Positions 40,882 to 51,237 of a stretch of 64,000 bases of DNA are shown here, piece by piece. Location: contig JBQLZK010000002.1 in NCBI GenBank assembly GCA_052168235.1, forward strand, positions 32,001 through 96,000. The letters run 5' to 3'. The position numbers were made by a program, and so were the translations under genes. Each line of letters opens with the position of its first letter. Within the stretch, counting starts at the first letter, position 1. Origin of the DNA: Thainema sp. (GTDB taxonomy: Bacteria > Cyanobacteriota > Cyanobacteriia > Phormidesmidales > Phormidesmidaceae). The notes under the pieces were generated by a model. The model did no database searches, was not told the DNA's origin, and saw only the letters and a program-made list of their open reading frames with translations.

Positions 40882-41634
40882 CTACAACGAGCCTGATTCC
40901 GTGTTGGTTGGGACAACGATATAACCAGATTCAAGATTGCCGAGGACGAGATTACGCTCAAGGCCCCAAACCCACCAGTAGGCAGCGATGTAGGCGCAAA
41001 TAATGCTGTCGAGGCGATCCTCTAGGTCTTTCAAGGCTTTGCCCGTTTTGGGAATTTTGGCCCAGTTGGTATGGGTGAGATTTAGTTTGGGAGTTTGGGT
41101 GGGTAAGCCGTTGAAAATGCGATCGCGCAATTGAGTTAACCCAATCTTCCGTTCGGCTAAACGCCCCTTCTTGTACTTTAGAATGCGCTCTAGCCCAAAC
41201 AGGCCGATCATGGCGGCATGGGGAAAGACTTCGATTTGGTAGCGCCCAAGCTGCTGGCGGGTAATCCTTGGTGCATGCACAAAACCACGCTGCTCTAAAC
41301 TGTGGCCTAATCCAGTGGTGCGCTCAGCAAAGGGACGCCCTAAATTGGCGGGATAGCAGCCAGCGTGATATTTGCCAAAATGCTGATGAGCTAGGCGATC
41401 TGGCCGTCTCATGCCTGTAGAGTTAGGAATAATCGTCGGTGCATCAACGGCAATTAGAGCGGGTTCACTGGCAGGTGCGATCTCATCTACCCAAGCCAAG
41501 ATATCTGCCATATCGGTTAGGCACCGCAGGTCAACCAGATGCAAACCGTCTTCAACATAATTGGGCTGGAGTTCTAGGCAGCATAAACCGCTAGCCCCCG
41601 AAGTCCACCCCAAATCAATCCCGATAAATTTCAA
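40882..41634 (-). CDS. DUF429 family protein (RNase H-like predicted nuclease)
   Basis: FIGIDLGW, AVDAP, IEVFPH, EDRLD..ICAY; TTG start. Confidence 0.85.
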   Translation of the reverse strand: MKFIGIDLGWTSGASGLCCLELQPNYVEDGLHLVDLRCLTDMADILAWVDEIAPASEPALIAVDAPTIIPNSTGMRRPDRLAHQHFGKYHAGCYPANLGRPFAERTTGLGHSLEQRGFVHAPRITRQQLGRYQIEVFPHAAMIGLFGLERILKYKKGRLAERKIGLTQLRDRIFNGLPTQTPKLNLTHTNWAKIPKTGKALKDLEDRLDSIICAYIAAYWWVWGLERNLVLGNLESGYIVVPTNTESGSL

Positions 41635-41686
41635 AAAGCTCGCTCGACAATCGCACTACGTTCGCTGATTATATGTTTCCTCCTTG

Positions 41687-41875
41687 TATAGCGCTATGCG
41701 CTTAGAACCAGACAGATATAGCGGTTTTAGATAAGAACGAAAGAGGAGCGTGCCTCATCCTGAGGCACGCTCCTCTTTCGTTCTCTCACTCTTAACTGGA
41801 ATCACTATAGTTTTTGAGAAGCCGCGCAAAGCGTGGCTTCTCAAAAACTATCTGTCCTAATTCCGTCAGGCTATA
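41687..41875 (-). mobile_element. Family B-like MITE interrupted by a family A MITE
   Basis: TATAGC...GCTATA ends; removing 41717-41807 restores a 22-bp perfect stem. Confidence 0.7.
41717..41809 (+). mobile_element. MITE family A copy 2 (nested, TA duplication)
   Basis: TATAGCGGTTTTAG...CTGGAATCACTATA, 93 bp. Confidence 0.85.
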
Positions 41876-42151
41876 GGTGCCGTTTCACACAAAAGAGCAA
41901 TGTTAGCTTGTCGCTAGATTACCCGAAGCAAGTTGACTAGTTTTGAGAGGTTGCTCTACATGTTGAACACGCTTAAACGAGCCACAACTCAATCACTATA
42001 GGACGTTTCATCACATGTGCTTTACATCACGAAAATTGCCTTCTACACCGCATGTCTGCGTGCAGAAGGCAATTATGTATGAGGCCGTGAGCGCGAAAAT
42101 TACAGCATGAAAAGTGGCCAAACGCTAGCTTCTATCGCTCATCCTGCTTCG

Positions 42152-42466
42152 TTAGGCAACGTCACTCGATGAATATGGAGTTGAGAACCGCGATCGTGGT
42201 GAAACAGCATCCGTCATGGTGGCGCTGACCGGAACTGCCTCTTTCTCATGCGATCTCGACAGCGGCAATACCTTGACGTCCCAGCTATCGCAGTTTGCTA
42301 TCAGAGCTTCCCAGGTAGGTGCAAACGGTGGGATCGCTAACGGACAGGACTTCCATTCTCCCTGAACGGGTACATCGAGCTGTTGGCAATACCCCCCTCT
42401 ACGTCCTTCCGGGGTATAACAACCACAGTATCGACATACGGAAGAATTAGAATCGAAGTTCCTCAT
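42152..42466 (-). CDS. Small Cys-rich conserved hypothetical protein
   Basis: CRYC..YTPEGRRGGYCQQL..PVQGEWKSC.L..PPF. Confidence 0.7.
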   Translation of the reverse strand: MRNFDSNSSVCRYCGCYTPEGRRGGYCQQLDVPVQGEWKSCPLAIPPFAPTWEALIANCDSWDVKVLPLSRSHEKEAVPVSATMTDAVSPRSRFSTPYSSSDVA

Positions 42467-42913
42467 GGTTTTCGTGCGTAGCGCATAAATTTCAATTTTG
42501 ATTGTCTGCGATTTCTAGTGATCCCCATCGCTTCATTTAGGCTTCAAAGATCAAATGGAGCAAGGATTTCAGGCGTTTTTCCTAAGAAAACTCTTTTATG
42601 ATCTCTTTATTTTCATGTAAAGAACAATTGCATTCTCTAATTGGAGAAAACAGGTAGAGTTTGGGCAAAAATATATTGGGGATCAACAAAAATTGAGGCT
42701 AGCTCATTCCAGAATATTTTATTTGCTGTCGTCGAGCTTTGCTGCGAACTGATCCGTACTAACAACGTTGCTCTCTATAAAGAGTTCCCTTTTAAACCGT
42801 AGATTTCCCATGCCGCTAATCATAATTTCATCTGTCATTTGGCATAGATTGCATCCAAATAGCAGCCATTTTTTTCGTGATTTCTGTTGAAATGTAACGA
42901 GCTATTAGAGTGC

Positions 42914-43474
42914 TTACCATCGCTTTGTAATACAAAGTGAACACATTGACCAGCGTTCTAGCTCACCTTTGGGCGTTGGGCAGTTGCATTGAGGGCAAAG
43001 CGGCAGAGACTGCGATCGCACCTGTACCTGTTTGGCCCATCGCTCAAATACCTCACGGGGATCAGTCACTGCGTTTGTTAGAACGTGGGCCTCAGACGGG
43101 TTGGACTGATCCGGCATGCGGCTGGGGTGCTGCTGCCATACTTTTAGTGAGTCGTTCATCGGTGTGTTTGTTCCAGTGGATGAATTCCACTGTGCTGTCG
43201 AGAATCGAATATCACGCAGGCTCAAGCTCAGCTCTGTATTGATTTTTTGCATGAGCCGTCGTCGCTCAAACATGAGGTTCTGCGCCCAAGATGCATTGGC
43301 TACGGCTACCTGTAACACCTGATTCTGTAAGCTTGTGGGACGCGTTTGTAGAGCAACGGCATCGCCAACTAATTCGGCCCAGCGAGATGTGATCTGGCGA
43401 AACACCTGCTGCGATCGCCAAGCTTTTTGCTGTTCAATTTGCTTCATCAAACGCTGGAGCGATTGCAGCGCCAT
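42914..43474 (-). CDS. DUF721/DciA-family protein with C-terminal Zn ribbon
   Basis: W..LVG..VA.QTRP....VL.VAV...WAQNL; CPQC...CSLC. Confidence 0.85.
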   Translation of the reverse strand: MALQSLQRLMKQIEQQKAWRSQQVFRQITSRWAELVGDAVALQTRPTSLQNQVLQVAVANASWAQNLMFERRRLMQKINTELSLSLRDIRFSTAQWNSSTGTNTPMNDSLKVWQQHPSRMPDQSNPSEAHVLTNAVTDPREVFERWAKQVQVRSQSLPLCPQCNCPTPKGELERWSMCSLCITKRW

Positions 43475-43912
43475 AGAACGAGATAAACCTGAAGGGTGTG
43501 ACTAGTGACTTCGACCCAAAACTGTAACACAGTCTAAGCAAAGGCGACGTAAGTCAGAAGTCAGAGCCGACTTTTGTTTGCTGCTGATTAGCTTTATGAG
43601 AAATTCATACGATTTGCGATCGCAGATCCTCCAAATGGCAGAGAAGATTATGCTGAGCAGACGGTTATGCTTGATACATAAGAAATTACAATCAAAATAT
43701 GATCGGCTACCTCAGGTCAAAAAAATTTGAGCTCAGGCTGAACAAAGATCCGTTAATAAACCAGGTTACATATCGGTTTCGTTGATGCAGGCTGTGTTAA
43801 CGAAATATGTAAACCGACAATTAGTTGATTCAACCAGACCGAAGGGTTCGATTGTTAAATGACCATCCAGCCCTGCCCAAGTTAGTTCCCGCATAAGCCC
43901 AAGTTAAGTGTA

Positions 43913-44329
43913 ATGTTGTCTTACAAATCAGTCTCGACCCGCCCGATCAGTGTGGTGATCGCAGATGATCACGACCTAACTCGTTTGAGCCTCAAGCTAG
44001 CAATTAAGCAGCGTGGGCCCACAAACTTGGTTGGAATGGCCAAAAATGGAAAAGAGGCCGTTGAACTGGTCCAGCAGTGTCGGCCAGATGTTGTTGTACT
44101 GGATATGCAGATGCCCGTCATGGATGGGCCAAGTGCATCCCATTTGATTCGGCAAATTCAGCCGAACGCGAAGATTATTGCCTACTCATCTTTAGCAGGC
44201 AAATCCCTGGAACAGATGTTGCAAGAGGCAGAGTACGATGCCTTCTGCGACAAAGAAACGGACACCCAAGAACTACTGGATTTGATCATTGAGCTTGGCA
44301 ATACTCAAACAAGTGCTTGGACCGGTTAA
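43913..44329 (+). CDS. Single-domain response regulator (NarL-type receiver)
   Basis: IADDH, VLDMQMPVMDG, YSS, K. Confidence 0.85.
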   Translation: MLSYKSVSTRPISVVIADDHDLTRLSLKLAIKQRGPTNLVGMAKNGKEAVELVQQCRPDVVVLDMQMPVMDGPSASHLIRQIQPNAKIIAYSSLAGKSLEQMLQEAEYDAFCDKETDTQELLDLIIELGNTQTSAWTG

Positions 44330-44424
44330 GAGGCCAGCTACTTAATCCAGCCAATATGTGTTGCATGAATCATCAGACGATAAACCAATCAACGCGCCGC
44401 TCATTATGAGCGGCGCATTAGTTT

Positions 44425-44517
44425 TATAGTGATTCCAGCTAAGAGTGAGATAGCGAGAGAGGAGAGTGCCTCAGGATGAGGCACTCTCCTCTCTCGTTCT
44501 TAACTAGAACCGCTATA
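44425..44517 (-). mobile_element. MITE family A copy 3 (inverted)
   Basis: TATAGTGATTCCAG...CTAGAACCGCTATA, 93 bp; next to a small hairpin at 44394-44416. Confidence 0.85.
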
Positions 44518-44566
44518 TGTCTGGTTGGACTGGAGGCTGGAGGCCGAATCCCAGTTGAATCCAAGT

Positions 44567-45883
44567 CTAATTAGGCCCAATGGGTGAGGGTGGAACTGTC
44601 CCTGTACTTGTGTTAGCACCTGCGTCTGTATCTGCTGTATCTGCGATCGCATCCGTCAGAAATGCCTCTAGGTTAAACCGAACCGCGATTTGATTCAGAA
44701 TTGTTTGTTCTTCATGAGTGATCTCCCGTCCATGTGCCTTGGCCATGTTGTAACAGCGCGACAGAACTGGCAGGGCAAACTCAGGCTGTAGCTGATCGAG
44801 CAGTTGATTAAGTGGAACTTGTTGTTCCAAATGTTGAGCAATATCAGCCGACAAGTCTAAATTATTAGATGCTTGGTGCAAACCTGCGACGACCGCTGGC
44901 CAGCTTTTATCGGGTTGGCTGGCCAAATACATGTGAGTCAGAATTTGGTCGATAATGGCCTGCTGTTCCAGCGTCGTTGCCCAATAGGCTGCGCTGTCAG
45001 ATTGAATTGTTTGTAAATCCGCAGGCGTGGGTGTAGAACCCAGCTTCTGCTTCATCTCATAGTATTGACAGGCAGCGTAGCCCACCGTGTAAAGCACCGC
45101 AATATCTGTGCTGGCTCCAATCACGGGGCCTGCCAGTGGAATATTGCGGAAGATCCCTAAACCAGTTTTGACGATGTTGGTACTGCCCATCGCCAGCCCT
45201 ATTACCAAAACTAACTCTCCCTTCCGCGCGGGTTCTTTGAGGTCGAACCCATAGGCGGCAGCAATTTGATAAACCATTTCCGCTTGAATGGCAGTGGTTG
45301 CGGCTAGATCAATTGCCAGCAAGGCAACTGCCACCCCTGGGATCAAGCTGCTGGTGAATCCGGTACCGCCTGCAACCACAGCTTTCTGGTTCATGATGCG
45401 CTGGGCAATTTCCAGGGCCGATTCGTTGGGATACTGTTGCTGAAGATCCTCAACGGCCTGCTTAGCCTGACGCGCATTCACCTTTTCGCCACTGTCCACT
45501 AACCAGTCCAGCCGAAACAAGCCTGCGACTCGATCGGCGAAGGGTAACTGACCGACAGCGGTTACGGCTTGCCCTGTTCCTTCAGCAGCCCAGTCAATTA
45601 ATTGATAAACCTGCTGGTTGGCCAATTCACCCCATTCCGTCAAAGTGCCCGAAACGGGTTGAGTGGCATCATAAACCGATTTGCCCACCACTTCGCCAAG
45701 GGCTATTGTGGTTGCGATCGCAGTTTCGCCCATTTGTGCGAGTTGCTCAAACGGCGTCGTTGGTTTGCGATCGCGAGACTGGGCATGAGCTTGCGGCCCA
45801 GTTTTAGCATTCTCTTGAGCCTGGGCTTGGGATGCGGCGTCTGAATTGATATCAGAGTATTCGGAATAAACAGAGCTATCCAT
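44567..45883 (-). CDS. EcsC-family/DUF697-like protein with TerB-like tail
   Basis: AGG.G...LIPG...AIDL......QAEMVYQIAAAYG.DL....RKGE. Confidence 0.75.
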   Translation of the reverse strand: MDSSVYSEYSDINSDAASQAQAQENAKTGPQAHAQSRDRKPTTPFEQLAQMGETAIATTIALGEVVGKSVYDATQPVSGTLTEWGELANQQVYQLIDWAAEGTGQAVTAVGQLPFADRVAGLFRLDWLVDSGEKVNARQAKQAVEDLQQQYPNESALEIAQRIMNQKAVVAGGTGFTSSLIPGVAVALLAIDLAATTAIQAEMVYQIAAAYGFDLKEPARKGELVLVIGLAMGSTNIVKTGLGIFRNIPLAGPVIGASTDIAVLYTVGYAACQYYEMKQKLGSTPTPADLQTIQSDSAAYWATTLEQQAIIDQILTHMYLASQPDKSWPAVVAGLHQASNNLDLSADIAQHLEQQVPLNQLLDQLQPEFALPVLSRCYNMAKAHGREITHEEQTILNQIAVRFNLEAFLTDAIADTADTDAGANTSTGTVPPSPIGPN

Positions 45884-45963
45884 AGCGGTATAAAAACAGT
45901 AAAAAAGTGGAAGTAGTCAAAAAATGGTCAGTTTGGCTGTGCTAGAGCGGAATCAGACGCATC

Positions 45964-46212
45964 CTATTCCTCATCGTCATGACGAAGATCAGAACGAAGC
46001 GCACGCGAGTCGCTAAAGGTTTCAGGCACCACGCTGGGATTATGAACGGCTTCGCGCGGGTTTTCCGGTATTCTCTGGTTGTAGATTAAATCCTGGGTAT
46101 CGACCGTCTTCTCGTCTAGCTCTTTTTTGATCTGATCAACCTGTTGATCTTGAGCTTTGTCTACCGAGTTGGAGTTGGAGTTTGGCTTCGGATTGGGATT
46201 GTTGTGTGACAT
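45964..46212 (-). CDS. Small hypothetical protein
   Basis: Hydrophilic ORF, co-oriented with the next gene. Start at 46212 or 46236. Confidence 0.5.
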   Translation of the reverse strand: MSHNNPNPKPNSNSNSVDKAQDQQVDQIKKELDEKTVDTQDLIYNQRIPENPREAVHNPSVVPETFSDSRALRSDLRHDDEE

Positions 46213-46490
46213 ATTAAGCAGTAGCTCGCTGATCATGACTAGTCATTTTTGTTTATCGTGAACGATTAGCGCATCGTCTGACGCAATGCAGATACATAGC
46301 AGATACATCATGATGCAGACAAACACGATAAACAGTTTCACAATAAGAACTGCTGCTCTGCTTTTCACCTACCGTTTGACCCGTATTTCTTATCACAATC
46401 GATAGATTTGGGTAGATTGAGCAACTTTATGGCTGGCCTGACATTCAGAATCTGCATGGAGAATCTGTATGGAGTCATACACTGAATCTA

Positions 46491-47330
46491 ATGCCTAACT
46501 TTTGCTCAGTTACGACAAGCGCCTGCTTACTCAGTCTGGGGTTGTGGTTGAACAGCCTATGGTTGAGCCGTTCAACCGCTGCGATCGCACAACCAATTGC
46601 CGCTGAACCAGTTTCTTCTCAAACCTACTCAATTTGGCAGCCACCGCTTCCGCTCGCCGAATTCATGGTCAGTCAAGCCGCGAACCAACAAGAACCAGCC
46701 GATTCATCTAGTCCAGCCTCGACCTCACCCGTAGACGCGTTCGACCTTGATCCAGACATTTACGAGAACAGTCCGGTGCTGCAGGAATGGTTGGCCGATC
46801 CGCCGGATATTGCAGACGAGATTCGCCATGATCCCAGCTTTCGTACTCGGTTGAAATTCGGCTGTGTGCAGTTTCCCTCGACCAACCAGGCCAGCGGCTT
46901 TAACCTAGGCATTGAAGATGTGTTCATCGGTCGTACGGGACTCACCGTCAGTGCCGACTACCAAGCGGCCTTTGATCGCGATCGCACCTCCTATGGCGCA
47001 GATCTGCATTACTTTGTCCGACCGCTGGGCCGCTATATTAATGTGGCTCCTCTGGTCGGCTATCGATATTTGGAAACGGACGACTACACCGAAGAGGGAC
47101 TCAATGTCGGTATCCGGCTGATGCTGGCTCTATCCCGTACCGGAGCTGCAGACATTTCGCTATCCCAAAGCTGGGTAGATGTGGGCACAAGTCAAGAAGT
47201 GGGACTGACCTCCATTTCGGTTGGATACGCTCTCACGCAGCACCTGCGGCTTTCTGCCGACATCCAGAAGCAAAATTCCACCCACGGACGAGACAGTATG
47301 GTCGGAATTGGGCTGGAGTGGCTGCTATAA
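46491..47330 (+). CDS. Conserved exported protein, probable outer-membrane beta-barrel
   Basis: Signal peptide; SPVLQEW...I..DPSFRTR; alternating beta strands ending GIGLEWLL. Confidence 0.7.
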   Translation: MPNFCSVTTSACLLSLGLWLNSLWLSRSTAAIAQPIAAEPVSSQTYSIWQPPLPLAEFMVSQAANQQEPADSSSPASTSPVDAFDLDPDIYENSPVLQEWLADPPDIADEIRHDPSFRTRLKFGCVQFPSTNQASGFNLGIEDVFIGRTGLTVSADYQAAFDRDRTSYGADLHYFVRPLGRYINVAPLVGYRYLETDDYTEEGLNVGIRLMLALSRTGAADISLSQSWVDVGTSQEVGLTSISVGYALTQHLRLSADIQKQNSTHGRDSMVGIGLEWLL

Positions 47331-47872
47331 AGTTCGCTGTAGGAATCTGCTGTAATGACGTTGATGCAATGATTTTGGTGTAGTGTCGAGAACTGCGATC
47401 GCAGTTCTCAAGGTTGCCAGATGGTGTGTTAGGTTAGAAACAGAGTCTACCCGCAGGGTGGGCAATTTTAGAGCGAATGTTAACGCTGGTAAAAGCATTC
47501 GCAAATTCTGCTAAAGTAAGTAGGCTTTTCACAATTCGGTCAATGTCTGGGGGTGAGCGCAAAATCGTCAGTTCATGAATGAGGTCACTAAGCAGCGACA
47601 GTCAGCATCCAAGCGGAAGCTGATGGCCAAGATATGCGCGACTGCTTAGTTGGACAAGCCCTAGACAGCCACAATCTTTTACTTATCCACTGCTCCTAGA
47701 GAAACGTTCTGCGTGTGTAGCGTTTACGCATGCTTGATGTATGCTCCGGGAGAACAAGTGGTCTAATATCGCATCGCTTAGGTGCGATCGCGGGGAGTGT
47801 CATCCCGAGTTTTTGATTTCAGTTACAAACTGTTGTTAACCGTAGACATAAGTTAATTAGGAGTGAATGCTT

Positions 47873-48049
47873 ATGACTCAAGTTGTTGTTGGCGAAAACG
47901 AAGGAATTGAATCTGCACTGAGACGCTTTAAGCGTCAGGTCTCAAAGGCCGGTATCTTCGCAGAGGTGAAGCGTCGTCGTCATTACGAAACGCCCCAAGA
48001 AAAGCGTAAGCGTAAGGCCGTTGCTCGCCGCAAGAAGCGTTATCGCTAA
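47873..48049 (+). CDS. rpsU: 30S ribosomal protein S21
   Basis: [28 protein letters not shown]...HYETP; AGGAG upstream. Confidence 0.97.
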   Translation: MTQVVVGENEGIESALRRFKRQVSKAGIFAEVKRRRHYETPQEKRKRKAVARRKKRYR

Positions 48050-48080
48050 ACCACTTGCAGTTTAGCTAAGTTGAATCACC

Positions 48081-48114
48081 GAAAGAGCTTTTCCCAGTGG
48101 GTGAAGCTCTTTTG
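48081..48114 (+). terminator. Terminator after rpsU
   Basis: AAAGAGCTTT..CCCAGTGGG..GAAGCTCTTTT. Confidence 0.6.
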
Positions 48115-48270
48115 GCTGTTTGTGCTTGTGTTTAATGCTGGCGTCCCATCTAACAACATCACACTTCAGTAGTCACTTTTGGCAAAATAGATTAGGCTTT
48201 GAGGCGAGTGCGATCGCGCTTGCATTTTTTGTTTGTGGATCATGTTACCCGTGACTGAAAGGAGGCCACT

Positions 48271-49599
48271 GTGCTGAACTTGCTCGCCACCGCACTAGCA
48301 GTGCTGGGGTTAGGGATTGGAGACGTGCAGCGCCTCAATCCTGTTGACAAAACCGTCTGGACAGAAACCGTCGATAGTTTAGATGCCTGGTCAGATACAG
48401 CCTTTCAGGTCGCCGTACAGCGTCCCGATCCGCAAGCCAAGCAAATTGTGGCTCAGTATCTACAATCTCTTAATACCGCAGGTAATCCAGTCGGTAGTCA
48501 GAGCGTTTTAGTGCAAATCGGCTCGGCTCCAATTGCTGCGCATCAAGCCACTAGTCCCCTGCCAGCGGCCTCGTTGACTAAGGTTGCCACTACGCTGGCA
48601 GCGCTGGCGACGTGGAATCCCAACCATCGTTTTGAAACCGTGATTGCCGCTACTGGCCCAGTGCAAAATGGTGTTCTACAGGGGGACTTAGTTGTTCTCA
48701 GCCAAGGCGATCCGCTGTTTGTATGGGAAGAAGGGATTGCCTTGGGCAATGCGCTCCAGGATGCTGGTATTCAGCAGGTCAACGGTAATTTACTGGTTAC
48801 GCCCGCCTTCACGATGAACTTCAGCCCAGATCCGGCTCAATCCGGCCAGTGGCTCCAGCAGGCAATTAACGCTGATCAGTGGGAATGGGAAGCTGAGCAG
48901 CAGTTTGCAACGCTGCCGCTCAATACGCCCCGTCCTCGCATCGTCATTAACGGCGGCATTCAAGTCATTTCTCCTTCTGCGCCAATTTTGCAATCTGTCA
49001 AGCCGCTAGTCAGCCATAAATCGCTGTCGCTGTTTGCCATCCTCAAGTCGATGAACATCTACAGCAACAATGAGATGTCGGAACAGATTGCCCGTCTCAT
49101 TGGTGGCCCGACTGCGGTATCCAGCAAAGCGGCTCAAGCCTCTGGCGTTTCAGTTGATCAAATTCGGCTGATCAATGGTTCCGGCTTGGGACAAGAAAAT
49201 CAAATTTCTGCGATCGCAGTTGTGCAAATGTTCCGTGCCATCCAGCTCATTTTGGAAGACACTGAGTTCAACGTGGCCGATCTATTTCCAGTTTTTGGTC
49301 GCGATGGTGGCACGTTGGACTATCGCAGCATGCCGACTGCGACCACAGTTAAGACCGGTACTCTCAATGGAGTGTGTACTTTAGCGGGAGTGCTGCCCAC
49401 CCGCGATCGCGGTTTAGTTTGGTTTGCCATTTTTAATCAGGGCTCCAACATAGAAGACCTGCGGGCACGTCAAGATCAGCTGTTGCAAGCGCTCACCCAG
49501 CATTGGGGAGCCGCCCAACCTCTCCCCCAAGACATCACGCCGTCAGCCCTACCAGAATCTGAGCAGCTCGGCGCTGCTAGCCGCAATCAGGTCATTTAA
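48271..49599 (+). CDS. dacB: D-Ala-D-Ala carboxypeptidase/endopeptidase (PBP4, S13)
   Basis: SxxK (ASLTK), GDP, SNN, NGSGL, KTGTL. Confidence 0.88.
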   Translation: MLNLLATALAVLGLGIGDVQRLNPVDKTVWTETVDSLDAWSDTAFQVAVQRPDPQAKQIVAQYLQSLNTAGNPVGSQSVLVQIGSAPIAAHQATSPLPAASLTKVATTLAALATWNPNHRFETVIAATGPVQNGVLQGDLVVLSQGDPLFVWEEGIALGNALQDAGIQQVNGNLLVTPAFTMNFSPDPAQSGQWLQQAINADQWEWEAEQQFATLPLNTPRPRIVINGGIQVISPSAPILQSVKPLVSHKSLSLFAILKSMNIYSNNEMSEQIARLIGGPTAVSSKAAQASGVSVDQIRLINGSGLGQENQISAIAVVQMFRAIQLILEDTEFNVADLFPVFGRDGGTLDYRSMPTATTVKTGTLNGVCTLAGVLPTRDRGLVWFAIFNQGSNIEDLRARQDQLLQALTQHWGAAQPLPQDITPSALPESEQLGAASRNQVI

Positions 49600-49603
49600 A
49601 ACC

Positions 49604-49690
49604 ATAGCCATGTTGGTTAGGACGTTTTTGTAGTACTCTCTGCCGCACCACAAAAACGTCCGTATCCTAACAGAGCTGACTACAGCTATA
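49604..49690 (+). mobile_element. MITE family B copy (degenerate apex)
   Basis: ATAGCCATGTTGGTTAGGACG...CGTCC..TCCTAAC..GACTACAGCTATA. Confidence 0.6.
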
Positions 49691-49697
49691 ACTTCAC

Positions 49698-49740
49698 CCC
49701 AAGAGCAACAAGCGGGCTAAGCCCGCTTGTTGCTCTTGGG
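49698..49740. terminator. Bidirectional hairpin between dacB and lptC
   Basis: CCCAAGAGCAACAAGCGGGC taa GCCCGCTTGTTGCTCTTGGG. Confidence 0.7.
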
Positions 49741-49750
49741 ATTTGACTGG

Positions 49751-50893
49751 TTACTGAGGAATAATCTCCGTTATCACTGGGCCACCGCGCACCACGACCG
49801 TTTGATTTTCTAGACGGCCCACGGCCTGATCGCCCCTTAGATTAAACGGCGGATCGGTTTGCCGATAGCGGACATTGCCTCTGGCGTTAACCTGCTGGGT
49901 CGGAATGATCCAGGTTAGCTCGTTGGCATTGAGCTGAGAGCCATCTCGTTGGCCCACAGCCTGCACATTTTGACTGAGATAGACAATTTCTTGCTCCAGA
50001 TCCATGCGACCGGTGTCAGCCGTGAGCGTGACTCCTTCGGTTTGATGCACGATGCGGATTGGCTGATTGCTGACGATTGTATTTTTACCCAAATTCCAAA
50101 ACATATTGTTGCTGGAAACCTGCACCGGCGGCTCCCTTAACGTCAGCAGCGCATCCTCCGTGATTCTGACCAAATTTTCTTGCAGCTTGACTTCGGCCTG
50201 TTTCCCCGTCACCGTATCAATAATTTGGTTGCCTTCATAGCGTTCCACCTTGATTGGGACTGGACTCACAACTGTTTCAGCTTGCAAATTCCACAAAATC
50301 TTTTCGCTTTGTAGACGAACATTCGGATCTTTGGTTGTCGCAATTACTTTGCCAGTAATTTCCATCGTGCGATCGCGCGTCATCACCTTGGCTTCTTGAG
50401 CCGAAGCATTCATTTTGGGATGAGTGCCCTGGATTCCGCCCCGCACAAAGATGACATTCGCCTGTGGTCGCCACTCCAGTTCTTCACCCTTGAGCACGGC
50501 TCCGTCGCGCGTATCCGTGGCCACTACGTCACCGCGCAGATAGATCACCTCTCCATCCTGGTGAACTTCGGCGGTTTTGGCCTCTACGTTGTAAATTTTC
50601 TCGCCATCCTGTAGCAGATCGCCGATGGGATTGGTTACCGTGGCAATCTTTTGGTCAGGGCTGTAATTGGCCTCTTCTGCTTTAATACTCCAAACCGGGT
50701 TGCCTGCTTCGTCGGACTGGCTTAAGGTGATGTTCTCAAAGGTCAGATTGCTGGTTTGTTCCTGCACTGCTGAGCTATCTTCCGCAATCTGATCGGCGGC
50801 CCGATTTCTGCGATCGCAACTTACCAAGCCACCCCCAATCAGAGTGATGGCGAGGCATACCCCGATAGGGCGCGTCCATTGGCCATTCTTCAT
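49751..50893 (-). CDS. lptC: LPS export periplasmic protein LptC (cyanobacterial long form)
   Basis: Lipoprotein signal (LVSC); repeated beta-jellyroll segments (L.Q.DE.G.PVW.I.A..A.Y). Confidence 0.8.
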   Translation of the reverse strand: MKNGQWTRPIGVCLAITLIGGGLVSCDRRNRAADQIAEDSSAVQEQTSNLTFENITLSQSDEAGNPVWSIKAEEANYSPDQKIATVTNPIGDLLQDGEKIYNVEAKTAEVHQDGEVIYLRGDVVATDTRDGAVLKGEELEWRPQANVIFVRGGIQGTHPKMNASAQEAKVMTRDRTMEITGKVIATTKDPNVRLQSEKILWNLQAETVVSPVPIKVERYEGNQIIDTVTGKQAEVKLQENLVRITEDALLTLREPPVQVSSNNMFWNLGKNTIVSNQPIRIVHQTEGVTLTADTGRMDLEQEIVYLSQNVQAVGQRDGSQLNANELTWIIPTQQVNARGNVRYRQTDPPFNLRGDQAVGRLENQTVVVRGGPVITEIIPQ

Positions 50894-50975
50894 TCGACGT
50901 TCGTCCTTATGTAGACCGTGCCGTGACTATTCTGACACGGACGTTTCATGAACATCATTTTGCATTAAAGCCCAG

Positions 50976-51092
50976 TAGTGCTGTGTCAAATCAGTTTTGA
51001 TGGTTGATACATCGCGCTTTGCGCGGCATATCAATCATCAAAACCCATCAAAACCCATCAAAACCCACCAAAACAACGTTGACAAACCAATA
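50976..51092. mobile_element. MITE-like element with internal 10-bp tandem expansion
   Basis: TAGTGCTGTGTCAA...TTGACAAACCAATA ends; hairpin; CATCAAAACC x~4 at 51036-51074. Confidence 0.55.
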
Positions 51093-51237
51093 GAGGGAAT
51101 TGGCTACCAAGTCACGGCAACTCGTCACCTCTTCTAAGCTGGGAGATAAGTTATGAGACGAAACATCAGCAGTGTCTCATAGATTGTCGTCTAGGATGGG
51201 ACAAGGCTTCCATCACAAAACCGATTTTCGATTCAGT

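Noticed and set aside
51036..51074. CRISPR-like array
   Set aside because: 10-bp tandem units without spacers; no cas genes. No repeat-spacer array was seen anywhere in the window.
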